Shown here in pieces: positions 1 through 9,792 of a stretch of 64,000 nucleotides of DNA (position 1 is the first letter of the stretch; each line of letters begins with the position of its first letter). The position numbers and the translations under genes were made by a program. Below the pieces are notes generated by a model. The model saw only the letters and a list, made by a program, of their open reading frames with translations, had not been told where the DNA came from and did not search any database. Location of the stretch: positions 1,798,001 through 1,862,000 of the forward strand of contig OZ024745.1 in assembly GCA_964016885.1 (NCBI GenBank), in the 5' to 3' direction. The stretch comes from Eledone cirrhosa. Taxonomy: Eukaryota.

Positions 1-61
1 TGGTTCATTCACAATCCATTCCCCCCCGGAACTAAAAAGCCAGAGACTCCTAAACACGGTC

Positions 62-1354
62 ATGTTTAGGACAATCTCGAACAAAAGTAAAAAACCAGCT
101 CAACCATCACAGAGCGAGATAGAGCTGGTTTTAAAAGACGTCATGAAGGACATCACCTTCATTCAGAAGGATAGACTCTACGGGAGTCTATCCATTCTCA
201 TGAAGGACAGGGACACAGCAGTGAAACTGTCCATCAAACCAATCACATCCACCGCATACACCTTCTACCCTACGTACATGGGTAGAAGAACACAAAAAAT
301 AAAAATCCACACCATCCTGCCGATTATGGACATATGGTGGGTTTTGACAGGTTTTCTGGACCTGGAGGATGACATGCTGGTGTCCATGGGAAAGGCATCG
401 GGTGACGCGTTCAGTGGAACGAGCCTCGAACTTGTAGTTCAAATGAGGCCCGAAAGGATCGCCCAGATCCCTGAACGCGTCATACTGGATGATCTAACCT
501 TCATCAACATTACCGTTGAGGGTAGACGGCCCTCGTGTTACCTCTGCGGAACCAGAGGTCACCTGAGGGCTGTCTGTCCCCAACTTAATAAGAAAACCCC
601 AATCCTGCCTACACCACCAACAGCTGCACAACCAACACAATCACCACAACTACCACTACAAAAACAACCACCACAGCTCAAACCAAAACAAAACAATGTC
701 CAACCCATCCCCTCCACTCAAAAAACAAAAACAATTTCCAAAACACCCGTACCGCAAACACAACCTGAAAATTTACCCCTCCCCTCCAACGCGGAAGATG
801 ACCCTAGTTCGTCGTCAGACGAGGAGGAGCACTTCCACACAATCAAAAGAAAAAAAAGAAAACACACCTCAGACACACAAATGAAAAAAAACCCTCCCCA
901 AAACATAACACTGACACCAACACAAAAGAGCTCACAACAGCAAACAAAAAACACCACACAAAAACAAAAACATGCATACACATACATAAATACAAGAAAC
1001 AAAAAACTGTTAAACATTGTGTACAACAACAATCTAATAAAAACACAAGGGCCTAACTTCACCCAGGCAGGGGATTTCCCCCACCTCAAAATGATTAAGG
1101 CCCCACAAGACACCTATAAAACTTTAAAAAACAATTTTAAAGAGGACGTGGGTCCCCCCTGCGTCGGGCCCATTAACCGCGTCCTCCTAAAAAACTATCC
1201 CACCCCCTCCCCAAACACCCACACAACTCCAAGCTCCCCAACCACACAACACACTGATGCCCCCACACTTCCACAAACCACCACCCCACCCAACAACCCA
1301 TCCCCCACCCTAATGGAAATTGTGCAGCCCGATACCCGGGACGCAGAGAGGTAA
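62..1354 (+). CDS. Retrotransposon ORF1 (gag-like nucleic-acid chaperone)
   Basis: Zinc knuckle CYLCGTRGHLRAVC (CX2CX4HX4C), a P/Q/T-rich disordered region, then acidic and basic patches (SSDEEEHFHTIKRKKRK). The frame is open back to position 2 (GSFTIHSPPELKSQRLLNTV), so the real start may lie upstream of the window. Confidence 0.85.
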   Translation: MFRTISNKSKKPAQPSQSEIELVLKDVMKDITFIQKDRLYGSLSILMKDRDTAVKLSIKPITSTAYTFYPTYMGRRTQKIKIHTILPIMDIWWVLTGFLDLEDDMLVSMGKASGDAFSGTSLELVVQMRPERIAQIPERVILDDLTFINITVEGRRPSCYLCGTRGHLRAVCPQLNKKTPILPTPPTAAQPTQSPQLPLQKQPPQLKPKQNNVQPIPSTQKTKTISKTPVPQTQPENLPLPSNAEDDPSSSSDEEEHFHTIKRKKRKHTSDTQMKKNPPQNITLTPTQKSSQQQTKNTTQKQKHAYTYINTRNKKLLNIVYNNNLIKTQGPNFTQAGDFPHLKMIKAPQDTYKTLKNNFKEDVGPPCVGPINRVLLKNYPTPSPNTHTTPSSPTTQHTDAPTLPQTTTPPNNPSPTLMEIVQPDTRDAER

Positions 1355-1378
1355 GTGCCTTTTCTCTTCACCACCAAC

Positions 1379-4300
1379 ATGGCTATGCTAAGAGTAGGCT
1401 GTTTAAACGCGCGTGGCCTGGGCTCAACTTGGAAGCAAGCAATGCTTCTAAATGACCTCAGGTCACAACGTATAGATGTGATGGTTATTTGCGAGGCCCG
1501 GATCAGCAACGTGCGACAGCTGGCCCCCACCTTTGATGACTTTGAGATGCACGCATCTCTCTGTCAGCCCGGAGGTGGGGGTGGAGTTGTCGTTCTGCTG
1601 CAAAAACATCTGGGTCTCGCAACACAGATGGTACATTTGGACCCGGAGGGTCGACTAGTGGTTCTGGACCTTGGCAGTGGTAAAGGCGGAGCGTTTAGGT
1701 TGGTAGCCGCCTACGGCCCTTTCGGGTCAATGCGGCCGGACTTCTTCCATCGTCTGGAGACTTTTCTAGGGACGTCCCGCTCCTTGCTATTAGTGGGGGA
1801 CTGGAATGGTATCCTAGATGCACGCTGGGACTACGTAGGGGCCTGCCCCGATAGAGAGGGGTGTAATAGCCTCAAAGGGTTAATCGGTCGATTTGACCTG
1901 GCCGATAGATATCGACTAGATTTTCCGACTGCGCCAACCTGGACTTGGGCAAATCGTAGCGGATCATCTAGGTCGTACCTAGATAGGTTCTTAGTTAGAA
2001 TTAAGGATAAGGACTTTTTAAGTTGTCCAAAAATGCGCATTGTTGGCTATTCAGACCACAAATTAGTGACCTGCATGGTCAACCTTGACAGAACTCATAG
2101 ACAGGGCCCCGGTTACTGGAAGCTCAACTTGTCCTTGCCGGCAAGTAGAGCCTACAGGAATCGGATTAGTACGTTAGTTAAGGAACGGTTGACTGGAGCG
2201 ATCGTCAACAGCAGGTGGTGGGTATCTCTAAAGAGAGAGATTAGAGTAGTCTCGATAGAATTTAGTAAGGTTCTAGCTGCGGATAGGAATAGGAAGGAAA
2301 GGGAGCTAATAGATAGAGTAGAAGAGGCAATTAGAAGCGGCGACGTGGCCAGAGTGCTAGCGTCGAGAACGGCTTTGAGCCAGTTTTTCGACGCGAAGCA
2401 CGAAGGCTGCGTTGTCCGAAGTAAAATACGTGCTCTAGGGAACGAGGGGACCAAAGCTGTTAGCTGGGCCCGCGTGACAGAGGCCAACAGTGGAACTAAA
2501 TCCACCATCCGGTCTTTGCGAGACCTGGATGGACGGGCGATTCTTGAGCCTAAGCAGATGTGTGAGGCCTTTCAAAGGCACTTTGCCCGACTGTTCGGGA
2601 GGGGCGGGGAGCCGGTTGGGAACGTGGACTTCGGTCCATACCTCGACGGCCTGCCGCGCCTCTCGGACAGGGAGGCGAAGTCCTGCGAAGAGCCGATTTC
2701 GGCCGCTGAGATAGAGGACGTGCTGAGCCAATGCGGCAAACGCAAATCCCCGGGTCTCGATGGTCTTCCTTACGAATTATATCTAGCTATGCCGGACTTG
2801 TTCCCCGATCTCCTCGAGGCGGTCTACTGCAACTGGCAACAGAACGGGAGAATTCCCTGTACTGTGACCAAGGGCGTAGTCACGCTAGTGAGGAAGGACG
2901 AGAACAAGGGGGACGAAATAAGTAACTTCAGGCCCATAACACTGCTAAATACAGAGTTACAGATTTTGGCCAAGGTGCTAGCAAAGAGGTTGGCGCTTGT
3001 CGTGGGCAACCTGGTGGGAGATGCGCAGACATGCGCTATCCCGTCCAGGTCCATCCATGACAACCTCCACCTCATGCGATACATCATAGAGAGGGTTGGG
3101 AACGAACCCGGCTTTGGTGGGGCTCTGATCAACTTGGATCAATCTAAGGCGTTCGATAGGGTCGACCATGGTTACCTGGATGCGGTGCTAGCGGCGGCAG
3201 GCTTCGGACCCGTTTTCAGGGGCTGGATCACTGCTATGCACAGCAGCCGCATCTGCTCTAGGGTCAAGGTGAACGGCTACCTCTCGGAGCCGTTCAAAAT
3301 CGCGCGGTCCATCCGACAAGGGTGCCCTCTCTCCTCCCTTCTGTATGTGTTGACTCTCGAGCCACTACTGCGGAAGTTGGAGTTGTTGCAGGGCATCCCT
3401 TTGGAACCGGGATTGCGGAAAGCGGTGTCGGCCTACGCCGATGACGTGACAGTAATGGTGTCGACGGCCTCCGAAATCGAGGCGGTCGGCACCTTACTGG
3501 AGGAGTACGAAAAGTTCACAGGGGCTAAGCTGAACCGGGACAAGTCGATCGGTTTGCAACTCGGCACGTGGAGGGGCAGACCGATGCCCTCCGATAGCGT
3601 CGTCGGACGCTGGACGGAGGGCCCGGTGAAGTTGCTCGGGGTCTGGTTCGGACCGGACCTCCAGGTGGAGAAAAACTGGGCGGAGGTTACGAACAGGGTG
3701 TTTGCACTGACCCAGAAGTGGGCCAGTTGCAAACTATCCCTGAAAGGCCGGGCGGAGGTGGCGAACACCTACATAGCGTCCGTCATCTACTACCGCCTGA
3801 CCGTAGTGCCCTGCCCAAGGGAAACCCTCACCAAGATGGAGCGCGCGCTCTTCCAATTCCTTTGGAAGAGGCGGGCTCCTATGGTGAGGAGATCCATCTG
3901 CTGTCAACACCCTTCGAAAGGAGGGCTGGGGATGCCGTGGCTAATGATGCGTAAACACGCATTAAGGCTACGGCACCTCTACGTATTCCTCACCGGACAA
4001 CCGGTGTGGGCCTCGTTTGTGAGACGAACCTTTCCCAGACTCGTCTCACTCACCGAGCTGCAATCCTGGGTCAAGCAAAGACCGAGAAAACTGGGCGCCT
4101 GGCACACTGAGTGTGCCCAGGCGCTCACCGCCCTCTGGCAGGCGGATCCGGTTATCAGTGGAGACTCCACCGCAACATTCTATAGAGGGCTAGTACGCAG
4201 CAGGTGCGACGACGCCCTCGGAGAAGCCCTAGACATGGAGGAGGACGAACTGGCCAGCCTGTTCGGTAGGACATTCAGCCCGGGACCTATGGACAACTTC

Positions 4301-4816
4301 CAGAAGTCCCTGGCCTGGCAGTGCTACCGAGGGGCTTTACCCGTTCGAGAAAGGCTCTACAGACACGGGCGCCCGGGTAGGGACCCCGCCAAAAAGATCT
4401 GTCCCAGATGCGTGTGCGACGAGGAAACCGTTGCACACGCATTAGTACACTGCTCGGGCGTAGCCGATCTGTGGGGCTATGTCGAACAACTGCTGTCAAG
4501 GGTGGGACCGATCCGGTTGACCACCGAGTCTATTGTAATGATCAAGCCGCCTCCCCCCTTCAAAGATGAAGCAGAGGCGGTGTTTCTGTGCGTAATAGCC
4601 ATGGCGAAAGAGGTTGTATGGTGGACGCGTCTGAAAGGACTGAGGTCGGGCACCTTTCTCTCTGGCCAACAACTGGTCCGTTTCTTCCGATATCATTTCG
4701 GAAGAAGGATCAGGATGGAGAGAGAGGTGCTGCACCCCAGCCGTTTCTATGAAAGATGGGTGAAAGTGGCGAGAATGGCCCGTGTGAATGGGCCTTCACT
4801 CTACATCAGACTATAG
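1379..4816 (+). CDS. Retrotransposon ORF2: APE endonuclease + reverse transcriptase + C-terminal zinc finger
   Basis: First ATG at 1379 (ccaccaacATGG). APE motifs: GCLNARGL, AAYGP, VGDWNG, YLDRFLV, SDHKLV, then the L1/Tx1-typical GYWKLN. RT motifs: KSPGLDG, FRPITLLN, LDQSKAFDRVDH, RQGCPLS, YADD, KLLG. C-terminal CPRC-x8-H-x4-C. No stops or frameshifts. Confidence 0.95.
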   Translation: MAMLRVGCLNARGLGSTWKQAMLLNDLRSQRIDVMVICEARISNVRQLAPTFDDFEMHASLCQPGGGGGVVVLLQKHLGLATQMVHLDPEGRLVVLDLGSGKGGAFRLVAAYGPFGSMRPDFFHRLETFLGTSRSLLLVGDWNGILDARWDYVGACPDREGCNSLKGLIGRFDLADRYRLDFPTAPTWTWANRSGSSRSYLDRFLVRIKDKDFLSCPKMRIVGYSDHKLVTCMVNLDRTHRQGPGYWKLNLSLPASRAYRNRISTLVKERLTGAIVNSRWWVSLKREIRVVSIEFSKVLAADRNRKERELIDRVEEAIRSGDVARVLASRTALSQFFDAKHEGCVVRSKIRALGNEGTKAVSWARVTEANSGTKSTIRSLRDLDGRAILEPKQMCEAFQRHFARLFGRGGEPVGNVDFGPYLDGLPRLSDREAKSCEEPISAAEIEDVLSQCGKRKSPGLDGLPYELYLAMPDLFPDLLEAVYCNWQQNGRIPCTVTKGVVTLVRKDENKGDEISNFRPITLLNTELQILAKVLAKRLALVVGNLVGDAQTCAIPSRSIHDNLHLMRYIIERVGNEPGFGGALINLDQSKAFDRVDHGYLDAVLAAAGFGPVFRGWITAMHSSRICSRVKVNGYLSEPFKIARSIRQGCPLSSLLYVLTLEPLLRKLELLQGIPLEPGLRKAVSAYADDVTVMVSTASEIEAVGTLLEEYEKFTGAKLNRDKSIGLQLGTWRGRPMPSDSVVGRWTEGPVKLLGVWFGPDLQVEKNWAEVTNRVFALTQKWASCKLSLKGRAEVANTYIASVIYYRLTVVPCPRETLTKMERALFQFLWKRRAPMVRRSICCQHPSKGGLGMPWLMMRKHALRLRHLYVFLTGQPVWASFVRRTFPRLVSLTELQSWVKQRPRKLGAWHTECAQALTALWQADPVISGDSTATFYRGLVRSRCDDALGEALDMEEDELASLFGRTFSPGPMDNFQKSLAWQCYRGALPVRERLYRHGRPGRDPAKKICPRCVCDEETVAHALVHCSGVADLWGYVEQLLSRVGPIRLTTESIVMIKPPPPFKDEAEAVFLCVIAMAKEVVWWTRLKGLRSGTFLSGQQLVRFFRYHFGRRIRMEREVLHPSRFYERWVKVARMARVNGPSLYIRL

Positions 4817-5078
4817 GTGAGGAAGATGAAAGACCAAGGGAGCACCCCTTCTCTGTGCTCCTGAGGAGAAGGGTTGCACACTTTTTTCGGGGGTGTGTGC
4901 GACCCCCCAAGGCGCCTCCTCTCTATTGAGGATTTTGTTAAAAATTTTATTTTTTGTTATATCTTATTTTATTTTTATATTTTGTTATTGCCTCCTCCTT
5001 ATTGAGGACGCCTTTTTGTGTAAACTCCCCCCTTTGTACTTGTCCCACTTTTGATGCCCTAGTGGCAAATAAAAGAAA

Positions 5079-5080
5079 TA

Positions 5081-5139
<59 letters not shown>

Positions 5140-5163
5140 ATATCTATCTATCTATCTATCTAT
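5079..5163 (+). repeat. (TATC)n microsatellite between copy 1 and copy 2
   Basis: About 21 TATC units read directly. Confidence 0.98.
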
Positions 5164-6978
5164 ACGGCTACCTCTCGGAGCCGTTCGAAATCGCGCAGTC
5201 CATCCGACAAGGGTGCCCTCTCTCCTCACTTCTGTATATAATGACTCTAGAGCCACTGCTGCGGAAGTTAGAGTTGTTGCAAGGCATCCCGTTGGAACCG
5301 GGTTTGCGGAAAGCGGTGTCGGCCTACGCCGATGACGTAACAGTAATGGTGTCGACGGCCTCGGAAATCGGGGCGATCGGCACCTTACTGGAGGAGTACG
5401 AAAGGTTTACAGGGGCTAAGCTGAACCGGGACAAGTCGATCGGTCTGCAACTCGACACGTGGAGGGGCAGATCGATGCCCTCCGATGGCGTCGTCGGGCG
5501 CTGGACGGAGGGCCCGGTGAAGTTGCTCGGGGTCTGGTTCGGACCAGACCTCCAGGTGGAGAAGAACTGGGGTGAGGTAACGAACAGGGTGTTTGCACTG
5601 ACCCAGAAGTGGGCCGAGTGCAAACTGTCCCTGAAAGGTCGGGCGGAGGTGGCGAACACTTATATAGCGCCCGTCATCTACTACCGCCTGACCGTTGTAC
5701 CTTGCCCGAGGGAAACGCTCGCCAAAATGGAGCGCGCACTCTTCCAATTCCTTTGGAAGAAGCGGGCTCCTATGGTGAGGAGATCCATCTGCTGTCAACA
5801 CCCTTCAAAAGGAGGGCTGGGGATGCCGTGGCTAATGATACGTAAACACGCATTAAGGCTACGGCACCTCCAGGTATTCTTTACCGGTCAACCGGAGTGG
5901 GCCGCGTTTGTGAGGCGAGCCTTTCCCAGACTCGTCTCACTCACCGAGCTGCAATCCTGGGTCAAGCAAAGACCGAGAAAACTGGGCGCCTGGCACACCG
6001 AGTGTGCCCAGGCGCTCACGGCTCTCTGGCAGGCGGACCCGGCTGTCAGTGGAGAATCCACCTCGTCATTCTATAGAGGGCTGGTGGTTAGCAGCTGCGA
6101 CGACGCCCTCAGAGAAGCCCTAAGCATGGAGGAAGACGAACTGGACAACCTGTTCGGTAGGACATTCAGCCCGGGACCCATGGATAACTTCCAGAGGTCC
6201 CTGGCCTGGCAGTGCTACCGAGGGGCTCTGCCCGTTCGAGAAAGGCTCTACAGACACGGGCGCCCGGGTAGGGACCCCTCGAAAAAGATCTGTCCCAGAT
6301 GCGTGTGCGACGAGGAAACCGTTGCACACGCATTGGTACACTGCTCGGGCATTGCCGATCTGTGGGGCTATGTCGAACAACTGCTGTCAAGGGTGGGACC
6401 AATCCGGTTGACCACCAAGTCTATTGTAACGATCAAGCCGCCTCCCCTCTTCAAAAACGAAGGAGAGGCGGTGTTTCTGTGCGTAATAGCCATGGCGAAA
6501 GAGGTTGTATGGTGGACGCTTCTGAAAGGACTGAGGTCGGGCACCTTTCTCTCTGGCCAACAACTGGTCCGTTTCTTCCGATATCATTTCGGAAGAAGGA
6601 TCAGGATGGAGAGAGAGGTGCTCCACCCCAGCCGTTTTTATGAAAGATGGGTGAAAGTGGCGAGAATGGCCCGTGTGAATGGGCCTTCACTTTACATCAG
6701 ACTATAGGTGAGGAAGATGAAAGATCAAGGGAGCACCCCCTCTCTGTGCTCCTGAGGAGAAGGGTTGCACACTTTCGGGGGGGGGGGGTGCGACCACCCA
6801 ATGCGCCTCCTCCCTATTGAGGATTTTGTTATAAAATTTATTTTGTTATATTTTATTTTATTATTATACTTTTATATTTTGTTATTGCCTCCTCCTTATT
6901 GAGGACGCCTTTTCATGTAAACTCCCCCCATTGTACTTGTCCCACTCTTTGATGCCCTGGTGACAAATAAAAAGAAAG
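5164..6978 (+). mobile_element. 5'-truncated Tx1-like retrotransposon (copy 2, same subfamily as copy 1)
   Basis: 5164-6707 aligns without indels to 3273-4816 (offset 1891). The frame is still open (RQGCPLS, YADD, CPRC..H..C). The 3' UTR is homologous and ends in GTGACAAATAAAAAGAAA followed by TATC repeats. Confidence 0.95.
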
Positions 6979-6995
6979 TTATCTATCTATCTATC

Positions 6996-7124
6996 CCCCC
7001 TATTGGGGATTTCGATTGTTATAATTGTTTGTTTCAATATTTTTACACGAATATATGTAAAATCCGCGGCATGTGTCTTTGTATTGTCCTCTTTTCTTGT
7101 GCGCCCTTGTGGCAAATAAAGAAA
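6996..7124 (+). mobile_element. Extremely 5'-truncated Tx1-like 3' UTR fragment (copy 3, subfamily of copy 5)
   Basis: Starts after a short TATC run (6980-6995) with CCCCCTATTGGGGATT. Contains GGCATGTGTCTTTGTATT and GCGCCCTTGTGGCAAATAAAGAAA, matching the reverse complement of 9793-9948. Confidence 0.85.
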
Positions 7125-7290
<166 letters not shown>

Positions 7291-7503
7291 ATCTGTCTGT
7301 CTATCAATATATAGCTTTAACACCTTATCCTTTCCAAATTACATTGTCTATATTGTCTAAAATATTCGACCAAGTGATTTTATTGGACTTATCTTCCTAG
7401 CTTGTCATTCATAAACCTTTAAACCCACCTAGAATTTGTTGCCTATAAATCGCTTGGATAATGTGTCGCTTTTTTTCCAACTCATTATATTACATATGTG
7501 AAG

Positions 7504-7712
7504 GGTGGTGGATTGGCAGTATCGGTAGAGCATCGCACAACCTGCTTTGTGGCTTATAGTTACGCCCCTTTACGTTCCGGGTTCAATTCCCGCCGAGGTT
7601 AGCTTTCATCCCTACGAGGTACCAAAAATGAACTGAGGCCAATTCCCTCCAAATTGTTGGCCTTGTGCCTAAATCAGAAGCCATTATTGTGCCAAAAGTA
7701 GAAACAATTATT
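7504..7712 (+). mobile_element. tRNA-derived SINE (Octopus-type), degenerate
   Basis: A-box-like TGGCAGTATCGG (7514-7525) and B-box GGTTCAATTCC (7580-7590), followed by CGCCGAGGT..CTTTCATCC, which is shared with the minus-strand copy at 10244-10300. Ends in GGCCTTGTGCC...ATTATT. Confidence 0.7.
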
Positions 7713-8164
7713 ACTACATATGTAAGGCCCTACAATTATTACTACATAAGGCCCTACAATTATTACTACACATGTAAGGCCCTACAATTATTACTACATA
7801 AGGCCCTACAATTATTACTACATAAGGCCCTACAATTATTACTACATAAGGCCCTACAATTATTATTACATATGTAAGGCCCTACAATTATTACTACATA
7901 AGGCCCTACAATTATTACTACATAAGGCCCTACAATTATTACTACATAAGGCCCTACAATTGTTACTACATATGTAAGGCCCTACAATTATTACTACATA
8001 AGGCCCTACAATTGTTACTACATATGTAAGGCCCTACAATTATTACTACATAAGGCCCTACAATTATTACTACATATGTAAGGCCCTACAATTATTACTA
8101 CATAAGGCCCTACAATTATTACTACATAAGGCCCTACAATTGTTACTACATATGTAAGGCCCTA
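7706..8164. repeat. 24/28-bp minisatellite TAAGGCCCTACAATTATTACTACA(TATG)
   Basis: About 17-18 near-identical units; two length variants differ by a 4-bp TATG/CATG insert. Confidence 0.95.
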
Positions 8165-8585
8165 TCATATCTAGTCGGAATTTCTGAGTATCTGAATATC
8201 AGTTTGTAATTTCAAAAACCGATGTTCATTCTCAGAAACTCTCCAGATATAAATATTTATATCTGTGAACATTAATTTTATATTTTTCATATTTTATTCA
8301 ATACATCGTATATTGATGAACCAGAATCCGTTCCTTTTTTCTAACCATGTCGGGAGTTGGTCACTATGCAGCCAGCGACAAATCGATGAGATGCCCTACA
8401 CTTGTTAATTGTTGCTGATTTTTATTCCCAAATCAACCCTAATCTAGAACACCTATGGTCAAAGATATTTCCGCCGTCGGAATTATCTTATGTTAGTTCC
8501 ACGGCGTTTCTTGGACATTTTATTTTTAAACCGAGCGGGACCCATTTCCTCTCCACGTCTAAACACAAAATTTCATCCTGAGAAG

Positions 8586-8732
8586 AAGATAGATATATAG
8601 AGAGGGGGGGGGGGGTTAGATATATATAGATATATAGAGAGAGGGGGCGGGATAGATAGATAGATAGATAGATAGAGAGAGGGGGTGGGATAGATAGATA
8701 GATAGAGAGAGAAGAGGATAGATAGATAGATA
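8586..8732. repeat. Degenerate (GATA)n/(GA)n/G-run compound microsatellite
   Basis: Direct reading; forms the 3' flank of minus-strand copy 4. Confidence 0.9.
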
Positions 8733-8734
8733 AA

Positions 8735-9600
8735 TTTCTTTATTAGCCACAAGGGCACAAAAGAAGGGGACAAATACAAATGGGGAGTTTACATACAGGT
8801 ATATGAAAATAAAACTATTAATAAAATAACAAATAACAATTGAAATCCCCAATAGGGGGAGGCGTTACACAGGGGTTGTACACACCCCGAAAAAATGTAC
8901 AACCCTCATCTCCAGGAGCACCAAGAGTGAGTACTCCCTTCCTCTCTTCCTCTTTTTCCTCAACCTACAGGCTTATATAGAGAGAAGGCCCAACCACTCG
9001 GGCCATCTTTGCCACATTCACCCACCTTTTATAAAATTTGCTGGGGTACAGTACCTCTCTCTCCATCGTGATTCTTCTTCCAAAATGATATTTGAAAAAA
9101 CGAATCAGTTGCTCGCCGGAGAGAAAGGTGTCTGACCTCAGCACTTTTAACCTCGTCCACCATATAACCTCTTTCACCATAGCCATAACACATAGGAACC
9201 CGCCTCTCCCTCGTTTTTGAAGGAGGGTGGCGGTTTGATCATGACAATGGACTCGGTGGTCAACTGGATTGGTCCCACCCGCGACAATAGTCGTTCTACA
9301 TAGCCCCACAGGTCGGTAACGCCTGGGCAGTGTACAAATGCGTGCGCGACGGTTTCCTCGTCGCGCACGCATCTCGGACAGATCTTTTTCGAAGGGTCCC
9401 TACTCGGGCGCCCGTGTCTGTAGAGCTTGTCTCGAACTGGTAGAGCTCCTCGGTAGCACAACCAGGCCAGGGACTTTTGGAAGTTGTCCATTGGTCCCGG
9501 GCGGAAGGTCCTACCGAACAGATTGGCCAGTTCGTCCTCCTCTACGCCCAGAGTTTCTCCGAGCATGTCGTCGCACTTGCTGCGGACCAACCCTCTATAG
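8735..9600 (-). mobile_element. 5'-truncated, diverged Tx1-like retrotransposon (copy 4), with a frameshift
   Basis: The minus-strand ORFs 9174-9590 and 8965-9372 together give the ORF2 C-terminus (PMDNFQKSLAW..CPRCVRDEETVAHAFVHC..WWTRLK..MARVVGPSLYISL*) with a frameshift near 9200. The 3' end GTGGCTAATAAAGAAA abuts (TATC)n on the minus strand. Confidence 0.92.
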
Positions 9601-9792
9601 ATAGATAGATAGATAGATAGATAGAGAGAGAGGGGGGAGATAGTTAGATAAATAGATAGCTAAATAGATAGATAAATAAATATAGAGATAGATAAATATA
9701 GAGAGGGGAGATAGATAGATAGATAGATAGAGTGAGAGAGAGGGAAAATAGTTAGTTAGATAGATAGATAGAGAGATAGATAGATAGATAGA
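9597..9792. repeat. Degenerate (GATA)n microsatellite between copies 4 and 5
   Basis: Direct reading. Confidence 0.93.

Larger units (their letters stand above)
1..5078 (+). mobile_element. Tx1/L1-clade non-LTR retrotransposon, near full length with intact ORF1 and ORF2 (copy 1; 5' end lies outside the window)
   Basis: ORF1 has a CCHC knuckle and ORF2 has APE, RT and C-terminal CCHC domains. The 3' UTR (4817-5078) ends in GTGGCAAATAAAAGAAA, directly followed by (TATC)n. Confidence 0.93.

Noticed and set aside
4954-5241. ORFs with IYLS, SL or IY repeats (also 6960-7400, 8573-8852, 9595-9918, 10083-10355, 12868-13191)
   Set aside because: These are translations of TATC, CT and TA microsatellites.
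188-6643. Short antisense and alternative-frame ORFs within the retrotransposons
   Set aside because: These are shadow ORFs expected from GC-rich or skewed coding sequence, with no motifs.
7504-7600. tRNA gene
   Set aside because: A- and B-boxes are present but no cloverleaf or acceptor stem is evident, and the sequence continues into a SINE body shared with 10222-10300.
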